From IMG/VR virus record IMGVR_UViG_3300025410_000022, positions 1 to 55,687 of that record: a DNA stretch of 55,687 nucleotides. One strand, 5' to 3'. This document shows positions 7,869 through 17,531 of this stretch, piece by piece (the stretch's first letter is position 1; each line of letters starts with the position of its first letter). The notes under the pieces were generated by a model that was not told the DNA's origin, ran no database searches, and saw nothing but the letters and a program-made list of their open reading frames with translations. A program made the translations under genes and the position numbers. The DNA is from a virus. Taxonomy: Duplodnaviria > Caudoviricetes.

Positions 7869-9473
7869 ATGCTATATTCAAGGCAACATAATGTTGTCGT
7901 TTACGACGTTCCGCCACCCCAGATACAAAACCTTGTATCTGGGTGTCAGGCTTTGTCTTCAACGAAGGCGGTGGTGCCCTGCACCCTGTCGAATATGATG
8001 CGGATGCGCCGCGCCGGGTACCCAGCCTATAGCCCCATCCTTGAGGATTATGACTGGCCGTCGAACCCCAGGGTGGTGCCGCAGCCGTTCCCTCAACAAC
8101 GCCACATGGCCGCCTTCCTGACGCTCCACCCGCGGGCGTTCAACCTCTCGGACATGCGGACGGGCAAGACCCTGGCCCTGCTTTGGGCGGCCGACTATAT
8201 GATGAACCTCGGCTATATAAAAAAGATGCTGATCGTGGCCCCGCTCTCGATCCTCCACCGCACCTGGGAAGATTGCATCAAGACCCATCTGCTCGGCCGC
8301 CGGACATGCGCGGTCCTCCATGGGCGGGATCGGCTTAATCTGCTCAAGCAGGATGTTGATTTCTATATCATCAACTACGACGGCTTGGGCTCCGGGATGC
8401 GACGTGGCACCGTGGGCCTGCCAATCGGGTCTTTGGCAGCGACCATTGCCGCTCGCCAGGACATTGACGCCATCGCGGTTGATGAGGGTTCTGCTTACAA
8501 AGACCCGACGACGTCCAGGTTCCGGGTCATGCGCCAATTAATCAAGGATAAGCCCTTCTATTGGCACCTGACCGGCACCCCGACGCCAAATTCACCACTG
8601 GACGCTTGGGCGCAACGCAAGCTGGTCGATCCAAATTTTGGGACGTCCTATAACGATTTCAAAGATCGGACGATGACCAAGGTCACCAACTTCAAGTGGG
8701 CACCTAAGCCTAACGCCAAGGAAACGGTGGCGGCCACTTTGCAGCCCGCCATTCGGTACGACCGACATGCTTGCCTGGGGACCATGAAAACCGAAATTGA
8801 GATTTGTGACGTCCCCTTGTCAGTCGCGCAAAAGAAAGCCTATGATGACCTCAAGCGCGAATTGGCGCTCTCGTCTGTCAGCGGTAAAGTGATCACGGCC
8901 ATCAACGAAGCGGCGCTTCGGCTCAAACTGATCCAGGTGGCGTGTGGTGCCGTCTATGACGACAAACATGAAATCCATTTGGTGGATTGCCAGCCGCGGC
9001 TTGAGGCGCTTCGCGAACTTATCGATGAAGCACCCAACAAAGTACTAATCTTTGCGCCCTTGACGAGCGTTGTGAAACTGCTCTACAGTGAACTTTCGAA
9101 GGACCACTCGGTGGCGATGATCACGGGGGCCACCTCTCCCAAGGACCGGAATGACATATTCCGTAATTTCCAGACGGCGAAGGACCCCAGGATCATTGTC
9201 GGAGACCCAGGCCCGCTATCGCGGGGTTTGGATTTGACCGAGGCTGATACCATCATCTGGTACGCGCCTACTGACCTCCCCGAGGTCTACACCCAGGCCA
9301 ATTGCCGGATTGAGGGTATCAATCAGAAGGGGACCCCTGCCATCTACGGGCTCGCGGCGACCTATTTAGAACGGGAGGCATTCCGCCGGTTAGACCGGAA
9401 AGAAAGCCTCCAGGGGTTAATCCTGGGGTTGGTGGAAGATGCAAACAACATTGCTGACCGTGGAGCAGCTTAA
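7869..9473 (+). CDS. SNF2-like SF2 helicase
   Basis: DMRTGKT, IVAPLS, IINYDG, VDEGS, LTGTPTPN, SRGLDL, QANCRI. Confidence 0.92.
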   Translation: MLYSRQHNVVVYDVPPPQIQNLVSGCQALSSTKAVVPCTLSNMMRMRRAGYPAYSPILEDYDWPSNPRVVPQPFPQQRHMAAFLTLHPRAFNLSDMRTGKTLALLWAADYMMNLGYIKKMLIVAPLSILHRTWEDCIKTHLLGRRTCAVLHGRDRLNLLKQDVDFYIINYDGLGSGMRRGTVGLPIGSLAATIAARQDIDAIAVDEGSAYKDPTTSRFRVMRQLIKDKPFYWHLTGTPTPNSPLDAWAQRKLVDPNFGTSYNDFKDRTMTKVTNFKWAPKPNAKETVAATLQPAIRYDRHACLGTMKTEIEICDVPLSVAQKKAYDDLKRELALSSVSGKVITAINEAALRLKLIQVACGAVYDDKHEIHLVDCQPRLEALRELIDEAPNKVLIFAPLTSVVKLLYSELSKDHSVAMITGATSPKDRNDIFRNFQTAKDPRIIVGDPGPLSRGLDLTEADTIIWYAPTDLPEVYTQANCRIEGINQKGTPAIYGLAATYLEREAFRRLDRKESLQGLILGLVEDANNIADRGAA

Positions 9474-9669
9474 CGCAATCAGGCTCCGAAATCTGGACAA
9501 CGACGACGTCCATACGCTTTTGGCGGAAGTCTTTGCCCTTCGGGCTTTGCCCGAGAAGATCGAGACCCTTATTGAGAATCTGCACAACGGCATGTTGCTC
9601 GCCTATTCCAACGGCCACCAGGTGGGGTACCAAAACGGTTTCGTAGAAGGCCGAATTGGTGAAGATTGA
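9439..9669 (+). CDS. Hypothetical protein
   Basis: Overlaps the helicase end; GHQVGYQNGFVEG pattern. Confidence 0.6.
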   Translation: MQTTLLTVEQLNAIRLRNLDNDDVHTLLAEVFALRALPEKIETLIENLHNGMLLAYSNGHQVGYQNGFVEGRIGED

Positions 9670-9680
9670 AAGGACCAACC

Positions 9681-10157
9681 ATGTCTTTTACCGTTGACGC
9701 CGTTATCGAACGGTACATGCAGCTTCGGGCTGAGAAAGAGGCGCTTGCCGCCAAACAGTCCGAGGAAATGAAGCCCATCTACGATGCGATGGAGAAGATC
9801 GAAACCTGGCTGATGGCGCAAGCCAACGCCCAGGGCGTCGAGTCTTTCAAGACCGCTCACGGGACGGCTTTCAAGACCACGTCCACCTCGGTCACCATGG
9901 CTGACAAGGACGTTTTTATCAGCTATCTGCTTCGGCCTCTGGCCGATCAGGTTCTGTCCCTTCTGTCACGCATACCGGATTACAAGCCCCAATCGGAAGC
10001 CGAGGTGGTCAATACCATCAAGGACGCCATCCGCTGGGACCTGACCGATTTGCGCGCCGGTAAGAAGGGCATTCAAGAAACGCTGGAGTTGGGGCAAGAA
10101 CCCCCGCCCGGCGTCAACATCACGCGGACGCAAACCATTCAAGTCCGCAAGTCATAA
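9681..10157 (+). CDS. Coiled-coil protein of the replication module
   Basis: AAGGA RBS; IERYMQLR..., GVESFKTAHGT, PPPGVNI. Confidence 0.8.
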   Translation: MSFTVDAVIERYMQLRAEKEALAAKQSEEMKPIYDAMEKIETWLMAQANAQGVESFKTAHGTAFKTTSTSVTMADKDVFISYLLRPLADQVLSLLSRIPDYKPQSEAEVVNTIKDAIRWDLTDLRAGKKGIQETLELGQEPPPGVNITRTQTIQVRKS

Positions 10158-10169
10158 GGATTAAGGACC

Positions 10170-11168
10170 ATGAACAATACTCTCCCCGTCGTGCCGCAGG
10201 GGGCACCCGCCTATCTGCAACAGTTTTCCGCCATTGCCGACCTCCTGGCGGATATCAATCAGGCTGCGGTTAGCGGTCTCGACTTCACCGGCGGCCACCC
10301 CCGCATCTCCGTCAAGGGATCGCGGTTCCGCCTCCAACAGCCCAGCCAGGACGAGATGGTCCTTAACACGCTGGAACTCTATGGCGTGATTGTGGGCGTC
10401 AACCCGCACATGTCGAAGACCTATTACGCCGGTGCTTACGACCCCGGCTCGGATTCCACCGGCCCGACGTGCTATTCGGATAACGGTGTGGGCCCTTCGG
10501 TTGGAGCCCAGAGCCCCCAATGCTCCACTTGCGCGGCTTGCCCGCACAATGTTTTGGGGTCGAAGGTTTCCGACGCTGGTAACAAGCTGAAGGCTTGCGC
10601 CGATAGCAAGAAGATCGCCTTGCTGGTGGCTGATGTCCCCGGCCAGGTCGAAGGCTCCACCGTGGTGTACGAACTCCGTATGCCCTATATGTCCGCGAAG
10701 AACTTTATCCAGTTCTCCAAGGATTTGGTGGGTCGTGTTTATCTGCCCCAGGTGCTGGTCAAGATTTCGTTCTCGTCCAATACCCAATATCCCAACCTCC
10801 AGTTTGCGGCGGCCAAGATTTTGGACGAGGCGACCACCACTCGCGTGGTGAGCGTGATGACCCAGCAGCGTCAGGCGATTGAAGAGGCTATCGGCAAGAA
10901 CGATATGCCCAAGGCCGCCTCTGCTGCCCTTCCTGCCCCGGCTGCGCCGGTCTTTGCCCCTCCCCCGGCCCCTCCGGTTGCCGAAGCCCCCAAGAAGACC
11001 CGCGGTAAGTCCGAAACGGCTTCAGCGCCGGTTGATCCGCTCGCGGGTCTGGGTCTCGGTGGTTCTGCGCCAACGGCCCCCCAGCCCGCGGCTACCGCTA
11101 CTGTCACCGCGCCGCCGATGACTGACGCGGTTCTGGATAACATCCTCGCGGGGATCATGCCCAAATGA
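10170..11168 (+). CDS. Putative ssDNA-binding/annealing protein
   Basis: PRISVKGSRF, KTYYAGAYDP, CYSDNG, CSTCAACPHN, KAC; Pro/Ala tail with acidic end; lies between helicase and primase. Function is inferred. Confidence 0.6.
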   Translation: MNNTLPVVPQGAPAYLQQFSAIADLLADINQAAVSGLDFTGGHPRISVKGSRFRLQQPSQDEMVLNTLELYGVIVGVNPHMSKTYYAGAYDPGSDSTGPTCYSDNGVGPSVGAQSPQCSTCAACPHNVLGSKVSDAGNKLKACADSKKIALLVADVPGQVEGSTVVYELRMPYMSAKNFIQFSKDLVGRVYLPQVLVKISFSSNTQYPNLQFAAAKILDEATTTRVVSVMTQQRQAIEEAIGKNDMPKAASAALPAPAAPVFAPPPAPPVAEAPKKTRGKSETASAPVDPLAGLGLGGSAPTAPQPAATATVTAPPMTDAVLDNILAGIMPK

Positions 11169-11473
11169 GCCTGACCGAGGACCTAGTTGCCGCGCAAACG
11201 GCTTCGGGCTTCTCGATCACGGATATGGGTACCTGGTTTGGTGTTAACCGCGAGACCATGAGAACGTGGCTCCTCGGCCGTAGGCCGGGGGGCCACCGCC
11301 TCCCTCAAATCCAGATCGAACTGAAGCTGCTTCAACTGGCGCTACGCGGCGGCGTGGACGGGTACGACCTTCCGGTCCCCCTATCCGTCACGCAATACGA
11401 ACGCCGGGCATATATTGAGGGGGTGCGGAATGCCATCGCAAATCGAATTCTTACAGCACATACTGCCGCCTGA
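11165..11473 (+). CDS. Helix-turn-helix protein
   Basis: SITDMGTWFGVNRETMRTWLLGRRP. Confidence 0.7.
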   Translation: MSLTEDLVAAQTASGFSITDMGTWFGVNRETMRTWLLGRRPGGHRLPQIQIELKLLQLALRGGVDGYDLPVPLSVTQYERRAYIEGVRNAIANRILTAHTAA

Positions 11474-14270
11474 TCCCTATTGGTTTGGGTTCGCCGCGCA
11501 GAACAAGAAGGTCAAGGCCCAGGGGTTCTCCAACCTCGCCTCGCTGGTATCCTGGCTCAACGACCAGTGCGCCAACGGCGCGGATGCCTATATGGCTTGC
11601 GGTGGGTTCAAGACCATCGACAAGCGCACCAAAACCAACAGCGCCGGGGCGAAGGCCCTCTGGACTGAAATCGACGTCGGTGAGGGGCATTCCAACCCCA
11701 GCAAGTACGCGACCATCGAAGAGGCTGTGGTTGCCGTCGTGAATTTTTGCAATGCCGTTGGCATTGCGCTCCCCACCATCGTCGCGTCTGGCGGCGGGAT
11801 ACATTGCTACTGGGTGCTGGATCGGGTGGTGCCACCGGAGGAGTGGACTGAGGTCGCGCTCGCGCTCAAGGCGAAGCTGCTGGAGCATGGGGTTGATATC
11901 GACCCGGCTCGCACCGCTGATATTGCAAGCGTTTTGCGCCTACCCGGCACCAACAATTACAAGCTGGGATACGCCAGGGGCGTAGCCTGCGGGGCACTTC
12001 AACCGGCTATCGCCTTCCCAGAGGTTAAAGCAAAACTTCTTGGCGTCACGGTACTGAATGAAAGTCAGAAAGAGGTTTTGGGTTCGATTGAGATTGGCGA
12101 CATGCCGGGGGATGACCGGCCTAAGTCCATCATCAAGGCAGCGCAAGAGTGCAATGCCCTCAAGGTGGTGAGAGATCGCCGGGGCGATGTCAAAGAACCT
12201 CTTTGGTACGGCATGTTATGTGTGGCGGCCCACTGCCAGGACGGCGAAAGCATCATCCATGAATGGTCGAACGGTTACCCCGGTTACAGCGAGGGCGAGA
12301 CCGAGAAGAAGTTTGAACACGCCAAGACCAACGACACCGGCCCCACCACATGCGCGAAATTTAAAGACATTGACCCGACGCTCTGCATGGGGTGCCCGCA
12401 TGTACTCAAAAGCCCGATTATGTTGGGGGTCGAAGACGCTTCTTTCCCTAAGCAAGTTAAGATCGAGGAGCCTGTTGAAGACGAGTGGCCCAGCCTACCG
12501 CCTCGGTTCTCTTGGGGTCCCGCCCATCAATTGATTTACACGCCGCCGCCCAAGGCGGACGGGACGCCCGGCATCCCGACAACCGTCAGCCAGTACCCAA
12601 TCTATTTGGATAAGATACAGCGTCAGGAGCAGAACGACGAGGTCGCCATAGCGTTTCGGCAATTTCTGCCCCACATGGGATGGCGGCGGTTTAGCATTAC
12701 GGCCCGCGAGTTCTACGGCAGTAACGGCGCGGCGGCCCTGGCCGCCAACGGAGCCAACGTCTACGCTGAAAACAAAAAACTCTTTATGACCTACGTCCAG
12801 AAGGCCCAGGATGTTTTGCGTTCTGTGGAAGCGGACCAAATCCGCTACGGGCAGTTTGGGTGGAAAAATGACCACACGGCTTTCCTGGTTGGGCGGACAC
12901 TCTATAAGGCCGATGGTACTACTGAGGTTGTTGACGTCAGCCCAGATGCCGAGCCCCGGTCCAATTGGCTGGTGCCGAACCCCAAGGGGAACCTGGAGGA
13001 GTGGAAGCGCCTTGTGTCGCCGTTGATGCAGCCAGGTTGGGAGGCCCAGGCTATTGGGTTCCTGTCCACTTTCGGGGCCCCCATGATGGAGTTCGCCATC
13101 TCGGACGGTAACGGCGGCGGCGTTGTGGCTCTCACTTCCACTGAAGGCGGAACCGGCAAGTCCACCGCGACGTTCTGCAACGCTTCGGTCTGGGGTTCAT
13201 GGGGTTGGAACGATCTGATTTCGCGGGATACGGTCGTTGGGCAGTTTGGATCTTTTGCCCAGATCAGGAACCTCCCCATCGTGGTTGAGGAATCTATGAA
13301 GTCCGATGCCGAGGAGATGAAGTCTTTTATTGCCGGGTTCACCGTTGCCCGCGACAAGATCAGAGGGACCAAGGAAGGCGGGTTGAGCATCCCCAAGGGC
13401 GGGTGGAAGACCATCCTCACTACGACGTCGAACCGCTCCATCGTGGACTTGCTGATGACCGACGGTGAGAGTGCCCAGGCAACTCGCGTGTTTGAAATTA
13501 CATGCCGCAAACCGCCCGGCCTGGTTGGCAACGGGGACACAACCTATTGCAGCAAGATCAATGACCATGCTGGTCACGCCGGGGTCGTGTTTGCCAAGTT
13601 TATTGTCCAGCCCCAGGTGGTGGCCTCGATTAAAAAGGCGATGCCGGAACGGATCACTTACTACCAGACGCGATTGAACGGCTCGACCAAAGCCCGGTTC
13701 CTGGTTTCTACCCTGGCGGCGATTGACGTTGGGGCCCGGCTTGCGATGGCTTGCGGGCTTATCTCGGGGGATATCACCCGGATTATGGATTGGGCAGTGG
13801 CCTACGCGCTTGCGGCGGACAATGCTGAAGAGACCAAGTTTGATTCCCTGGCTACCCTGACCCAAATGATGAATGATCTGAACGAGAATACGTTGATTGT
13901 CAGTGACATCTGGAAACGGGGAGAGGCCGCCTTTATCCATCGTCACCACCGGGGTCCGCTCAAGGCCCGTGTGGAACTGACCCCCGGCTTTGCCTATATT
14001 TCCATCCAGGCGGTGCGCGAGTGGTGTGCCAAAAACCGGAAGCCTTATTCCCTGCTGCACAAGGAAGCCAAGGAAGCCGGGGCGTTACTGGAAGACCGGG
14101 TTTACCAGACGCTTGGCGCTGGCACTGAACACGGCGGGTCCGGTCGGACCTGGAGTTGGAAGCTTGATTGTAACCATGAAGGCCTGGGAGGGTTCATGCG
14201 CTTGATCCCAACGACCGGCATAGCGCCGGAAATTCTGGGCGATAACGTAGTTCCAATGGTGAAGCCATGA
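11430..14270 (+). CDS. Primase-helicase fusion (RepB/AEP-type primase, PriCT-like, DUF927-like ATPase)
   Basis: WTEIDVG, SGGGIHCYW, VLRLPGTNN, EPLWY...HEWS, Cys cluster TCAKF...CMGC, FGWK, Walker A GGTGKST. Confidence 0.9.
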   Translation: MPSQIEFLQHILPPDPYWFGFAAQNKKVKAQGFSNLASLVSWLNDQCANGADAYMACGGFKTIDKRTKTNSAGAKALWTEIDVGEGHSNPSKYATIEEAVVAVVNFCNAVGIALPTIVASGGGIHCYWVLDRVVPPEEWTEVALALKAKLLEHGVDIDPARTADIASVLRLPGTNNYKLGYARGVACGALQPAIAFPEVKAKLLGVTVLNESQKEVLGSIEIGDMPGDDRPKSIIKAAQECNALKVVRDRRGDVKEPLWYGMLCVAAHCQDGESIIHEWSNGYPGYSEGETEKKFEHAKTNDTGPTTCAKFKDIDPTLCMGCPHVLKSPIMLGVEDASFPKQVKIEEPVEDEWPSLPPRFSWGPAHQLIYTPPPKADGTPGIPTTVSQYPIYLDKIQRQEQNDEVAIAFRQFLPHMGWRRFSITAREFYGSNGAAALAANGANVYAENKKLFMTYVQKAQDVLRSVEADQIRYGQFGWKNDHTAFLVGRTLYKADGTTEVVDVSPDAEPRSNWLVPNPKGNLEEWKRLVSPLMQPGWEAQAIGFLSTFGAPMMEFAISDGNGGGVVALTSTEGGTGKSTATFCNASVWGSWGWNDLISRDTVVGQFGSFAQIRNLPIVVEESMKSDAEEMKSFIAGFTVARDKIRGTKEGGLSIPKGGWKTILTTTSNRSIVDLLMTDGESAQATRVFEITCRKPPGLVGNGDTTYCSKINDHAGHAGVVFAKFIVQPQVVASIKKAMPERITYYQTRLNGSTKARFLVSTLAAIDVGARLAMACGLISGDITRIMDWAVAYALAADNAEETKFDSLATLTQMMNDLNENTLIVSDIWKRGEAAFIHRHHRGPLKARVELTPGFAYISIQAVREWCAKNRKPYSLLHKEAKEAGALLEDRVYQTLGAGTEHGGSGRTWSWKLDCNHEGLGGFMRLIPTTGIAPEILGDNVVPMVKP

Positions 14271-14503
14271 CCGACATCATTGACCACCTAAACAATCGCA
14301 TCGAGGACAGCGCTTGGTCGCCAGACCCGTTGCTAGTGGAAGCCCTGCGCCGTCAGCAGTTGTATAAAGATGCTGCTGCTGCTGACGACTGTCACCAATT
14401 GGTTTCGTGCGACCCGCGTGATATTTTGTCTCTAAGCTTTGACCTGAATGCCGCCCGAGCCGCCGTGCGGATGCTAGTTCAAGCCTTGGCGCAAATCCGT
14501 TGA
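14267..14503 (+). CDS. Small hypothetical protein (MTDIIDHL...)
   Basis: ATGA overlap with the primase stop. Confidence 0.6.
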   Translation: MTDIIDHLNNRIEDSAWSPDPLLVEALRRQQLYKDAAAADDCHQLVSCDPRDILSLSFDLNAARAAVRMLVQALAQIR

Positions 14504-14536
14504 AGACAGGTTGGACGCACTGGAGACTAAAAATGA
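14485..14536. repeat. 52-bp direct repeat, copy 1
   Basis: CTTGGCGCAAATCCGTTGAAGACAGGTTGGACGCACTGGAGACTAAAAATGA is identical at 15897-15948. Confidence 0.95.
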
Positions 14537-14880
14537 CTAACGTGATTAATATTTTATACGAGGCGTGGCGCAAGAACGTTATCGTCTGGGATGAGTGCGG
14601 GGCTGCTGTCAATGAAGTCCTTGATCTGCGCTGTGAGAGGGCTGCGGTTCTTGGGCTGGTAAGGCAGTACGCCGAAACAACGCGGCTTATTACTGACGAG
14701 CGGGACCGTGCGAACGCCGCCGTGCGGATGCTGGCTGAGGCGTTGAATGCCGTCCTGGGCTACATGGATTCGGTAGAGGGTCAAGGCGAAGGCGGGCAAT
14801 CGCACTTTGATGTCCCCGCTCTTGCCGGTCGAGCAGCCCTGTCCGATCCGATTGTCAAGCAAATCCTTGGAGGTGAATGA
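14533..14880 (+). CDS. Small hypothetical protein
   Basis: GGAG RBS and ATG lie inside the 52-bp repeat. Confidence 0.65.
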   Translation: MTNVINILYEAWRKNVIVWDECGAAVNEVLDLRCERAAVLGLVRQYAETTRLITDERDRANAAVRMLAEALNAVLGYMDSVEGQGEGGQSHFDVPALAGRAALSDPIVKQILGGE

Positions 14881-15119
14881 TGGACTGGCAACCGATGGAA
14901 TGGCAACCGATTGAATCAGCGCCAAGAGATGGGACTCCCATACTGGCTTGCGTGTCTATCTACAGTTCCCGCACCAAGAAGTTTATCTGCTGGCAGATTG
15001 ACGTTGTGTTTTGTGTCGTCGAAACGGGCGAAATACACATCGACTGCGACCGCGGGTTTGACTTGGACGACTACGAATACTGGATGTTCGCCCCCACGCC
15101 GCCGAAGGGAGGTGAATGA
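14877..15119 (+). CDS. DUF551-like small phage protein
   Basis: WQPIESAPRDGTPIL N-terminus and YWM..P.PP C-terminus. Confidence 0.75.
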   Translation: MMDWQPMEWQPIESAPRDGTPILACVSIYSSRTKKFICWQIDVVFCVVETGEIHIDCDRGFDLDDYEYWMFAPTPPKGGE

Positions 15120-15298
15120 TGGCCCGTAATCAATTCGGAGGCACTTGTTATCGCTGTAGGAAGCAAGTCGAGCCGAACACCGGACACTTTGAGAGATATG
15201 GCAAGGCTTGGCGTGTCCAGCATGGCCTGAAACCTGGAGATGGCCGCGTCACCTGCGAGATGGCGGCGAAGGCTGAACAACCGAAGGAAGGTGAATGA
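15116..15298 (+). CDS. Small Cys/His-containing protein
   Basis: RNQFGGTCYRC...GHFER...VQH; GGAGGT RBS. Confidence 0.7.
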   Translation: MMARNQFGGTCYRCRKQVEPNTGHFERYGKAWRVQHGLKPGDGRVTCEMAAKAEQPKEGE

Positions 15299-15555
15299 TG
15301 TTCACACCAGAACAAGCGATTAGCGCCGCTGATGGCTATCTGCGTAGCGCGGGAACGTCAATACAAGAGGTTCAAGCCGTCGCCGAAGCGCGGGGCCGTC
15401 TGGCTGGGCTGCGGAGGGCTTTGGAAGCGGCGGAGGGTCAACGATTTGTCGAAGGACGGCGAGGGCTTTCCATTGAGCAAAGCCAGCAAAATATCGGCAT
15501 AGGTGATTGCGTTGCGGCAATCCAAGCACTGATCGACAAGGAAGAACAGAAATGA
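15295..15555 (+). CDS. Small hypothetical protein
   Basis: AAGGT RBS; ATGA overlap. Confidence 0.65.
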   Translation: MMFTPEQAISAADGYLRSAGTSIQEVQAVAEARGRLAGLRRALEAAEGQRFVEGRRGLSIEQSQQNIGIGDCVAAIQALIDKEEQK

Positions 15556-15779
15556 CCACACCCACAACCATTGCAGAATTGTTTGACCCAGAAGAAGTTA
15601 ACAAATTGCTCGGACTGCAGTTTGCTTTGAGTGACGCCGTTACTGACGCAGCACTTAATGGGCTTTCGCTTGGGTGCATTGACTTGGTTATGAAGTCGAT
15701 CATTCAGGATACTGCGGCGCTCAGTTGCTTGACGCCAAAGGCGACACCTCAAGAGGAGACTCAAGAGGTGCCAGCATGA
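15552..15779 (+). CDS. Small hypothetical protein
   Basis: ATGA overlap; AAGGA RBS. Confidence 0.6.
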   Translation: MTTPTTIAELFDPEEVNKLLGLQFALSDAVTDAALNGLSLGCIDLVMKSIIQDTAALSCLTPKATPQEETQEVPA

Positions 15780-15961
15780 TCTACCCAAACCCCAACGGCG
15801 GCATCCTGACGTTCACAACGCCCGAAGGGGTTCCGCACTTCGAAGTGTATACGCAGGCCATGGAGCGACGCGAGCGCGACCGCCTCGCATTCAATGCTTG
15901 GCGCAAATCCGTTGAAGACAGGTTGGACGCACTGGAGACTAAAAATGAAATACGAAATTAA
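15776..15961 (+). CDS. Small hypothetical protein
   Basis: GAGGT RBS; ATGA overlap. Confidence 0.6.
   Translation: MIYPNPNGGILTFTTPEGVPHFEVYTQAMERRERDRLAFNAWRKSVEDRLDALETKNEIRN
15897..15948. repeat. 52-bp direct repeat, copy 2
   Basis: Identical to 14485-14536. Confidence 0.95.
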
Positions 15962-16262
15962 ACTGACCGAAGAAGATTACGCAGACCTCAAACAAGCGGT
16001 GGTGGATGCTGCCGTGGTTGTTGATGTGATCGCGGGTGATGATTCGAAGACTCAGGACGATGTGTTTGCGGCGGTTGACAAGATGTGTACCGCCGTCGAA
16101 GCCCTTCTCACCGCACAGAAGCCCAAGACGCGGGTGGAGTGGCTGTGGGTTTATGTTCCACTCTCCGAAGAAGTTGGCTTCGTGATGGAGTACTACGCAG
16201 AAGGCACAGAACCCGAAGGCGAGGGTTGGGTAAAGACCAGACGGAAGCGAGAGGTAGAATAA
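15945..16262 (+). CDS. Small acidic hypothetical protein
   Basis: ATG within the repeat; MKYEIKLTEEDY... Confidence 0.65.
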   Translation: MKYEIKLTEEDYADLKQAVVDAAVVVDVIAGDDSKTQDDVFAAVDKMCTAVEALLTAQKPKTRVEWLWVYVPLSEEVGFVMEYYAEGTEPEGEGWVKTRRKREVE

Positions 16263-16264
16263 TA

Positions 16265-16296
16265 AGAGGGGTGGTGCCGCCGCGCACCACCCCTCT
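16265..16296. terminator. Hairpin where the two transcription arms converge
   Basis: AGAGGGGTGGTGC-CGCCGC-GCACCACCCCTCT, 13-bp stem; T-rich run follows on the - strand. Confidence 0.75.
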
Positions 16297-16342
16297 CGCC
16301 TGCCGCGATCAACCCCCAGCAGGAAGGGGGACCGCTTGCAGA

Positions 16343-16792
16343 TCAGAAGATCGCTTTGATCTTTGCAATCTCGTCCGACCACCACGCATGGGCGGCAGCC
16401 AGTTCGGTCGCAAGGGCGGTGATGGTCTCAGTCCGGGTGTCCCGAACGACCCGCCAGGTCGTTTCAAACTCTTCAAGAGCCTTCGCCTTGGCAGCCTCAT
16501 ATTCCCCGGCCACCCAGCTACCGACGTCCGCCATGGCGACGGCGAGGTCATGCTCGATATCCGAAAGGCTGCGGGGCCTCTCAGCCACGACGGCGGGCTC
16601 GGCCACCGGGGCCAGGGCTTCCACCGCTTCAGTGGTCAGGGTTTCGGTGGTGAGGGACGCAACCTGGTCGGTTGTCAGGGCCGGTACCTGGTCAGTAGCG
16701 GCGTCCGCCGTGTGGTTCGGATCGGACGTAATGATTCCATCGGTGTCAGACATCGGTTTGTTCCTTCTGTAGAAGAGTGAAAAGATACTCAT
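16343..16792 (-). CDS. Hypothetical protein with LTTDQVASL-type repeats
   Basis: Start coupled to the Rz stop (ATGA); alternative start at 16753. Confidence 0.65.
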   Translation of the reverse strand: MSIFSLFYRRNKPMSDTDGIITSDPNHTADAATDQVPALTTDQVASLTTETLTTEAVEALAPVAEPAVVAERPRSLSDIEHDLAVAMADVGSWVAGEYEAAKAKALEEFETTWRVVRDTRTETITALATELAAAHAWWSDEIAKIKAIF

Positions 16793-17292
16793 TGGGGGTG
16801 ACCTACGTTCACTGCCCAATCGTGGCACTGCTCGGCGTAAGCTGCGGTTGCAAGGCATCCTGATATGATTTGAGCCAGGTCACGAAGCGATCCTGGAGCG
16901 ACTGGCTGGTTTCCGGTGGCGGGACCAGGAGTGATGGTGGTGGAGCGGGGGGCGGCGGGCACGGGGCTTGAACAGCTAGTCCTACGTCCGGTGTCCCGCA
17001 GGCGGTCAATAGTGCCAGCAAGCTGATCGATAGTAGCGTTGGCCTCAGAGAGTTTCTGCTGGTGTTGGGCATTTTCGTTCTCGATCCTGGTATTGAGGTT
17101 GGCGTTGTCCAGTGCGGCGGCGTCCGCCTTCTGGGTGGCGGTGGTAAGAATGTTGGCGGCCTCGACCTTCTGTTTGCCGATGGCGGCTTCCCACGACAGG
17201 TTTTCAACATGGACCCCATAAAAATAGCCCGCAATGGCAGCGCCAATGAAGGCCAGGACGGCACCCAGAATTATCCATGGGTTAGGGAGCAT
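16789..17292 (-). CDS. Rz: Inner-membrane spanin (Rz-like)
   Basis: N-terminal TM helix WIILGAVLAFIGAAIAGYFYG, periplasmic coiled coil, C-terminal Cys residues. Confidence 0.85.
   Translation of the reverse strand: MLPNPWIILGAVLAFIGAAIAGYFYGVHVENLSWEAAIGKQKVEAANILTTATQKADAAALDNANLNTRIENENAQHQQKLSEANATIDQLAGTIDRLRDTGRRTSCSSPVPAAPRSTTITPGPATGNQPVAPGSLRDLAQIISGCLATAAYAEQCHDWAVNVGHPQ
16809..17072 (-). CDS. Rz1: Outer-membrane spanin lipoprotein (Rz1-like), embedded in Rz
   Basis: Signal peptide with lipobox LLALLTAC, then CPPPPAPPPSLLVPPP; lies in an alternative frame inside Rz. Confidence 0.85.
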   Translation of the reverse strand: MPNTSRNSLRPTLLSISLLALLTACGTPDVGLAVQAPCPPPPAPPPSLLVPPPETSQSLQDRFVTWLKSYQDALQPQLTPSSATIGQ

Positions 17293-17512
17293 TGTTTTGT
17301 CCTTCCTTATACCGCTGGTACCCGTGCCCACCGGCCGCGGCCCCGACGCCTCCTAAAAGCCATCCGAACCCCTGACCGTAGGCTGCGATATCAAAGTGCG
17401 CGGCGTGAACGATGATATCGAACCCTGCATAAACAACGGCGGATACTGCCCCAATGAGCGCGATGCCCAAGTGCAGTTCTTTCTTTTTGTCTGATGAATC
17501 CATCCAACTCAT
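17282..17512 (-). CDS. Holin-like protein with two TM helices
   Basis: Two hydrophobic segments and a charged tail, directly upstream of Rz. Confidence 0.7.
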   Translation of the reverse strand: MSWMDSSDKKKELHLGIALIGAVSAVVYAGFDIIVHAAHFDIAAYGQGFGWLLGGVGAAAGGHGYQRYKEGQNNAP

Positions 17513-17531
17513 GCCGCGAACCCTACCATAA

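Noticed and set aside
14880-14915. MDWQP-MEWQP duplication, and the 12-bp tandem near 7529
   Set aside because: Short in-frame slippage duplications with no evident function.
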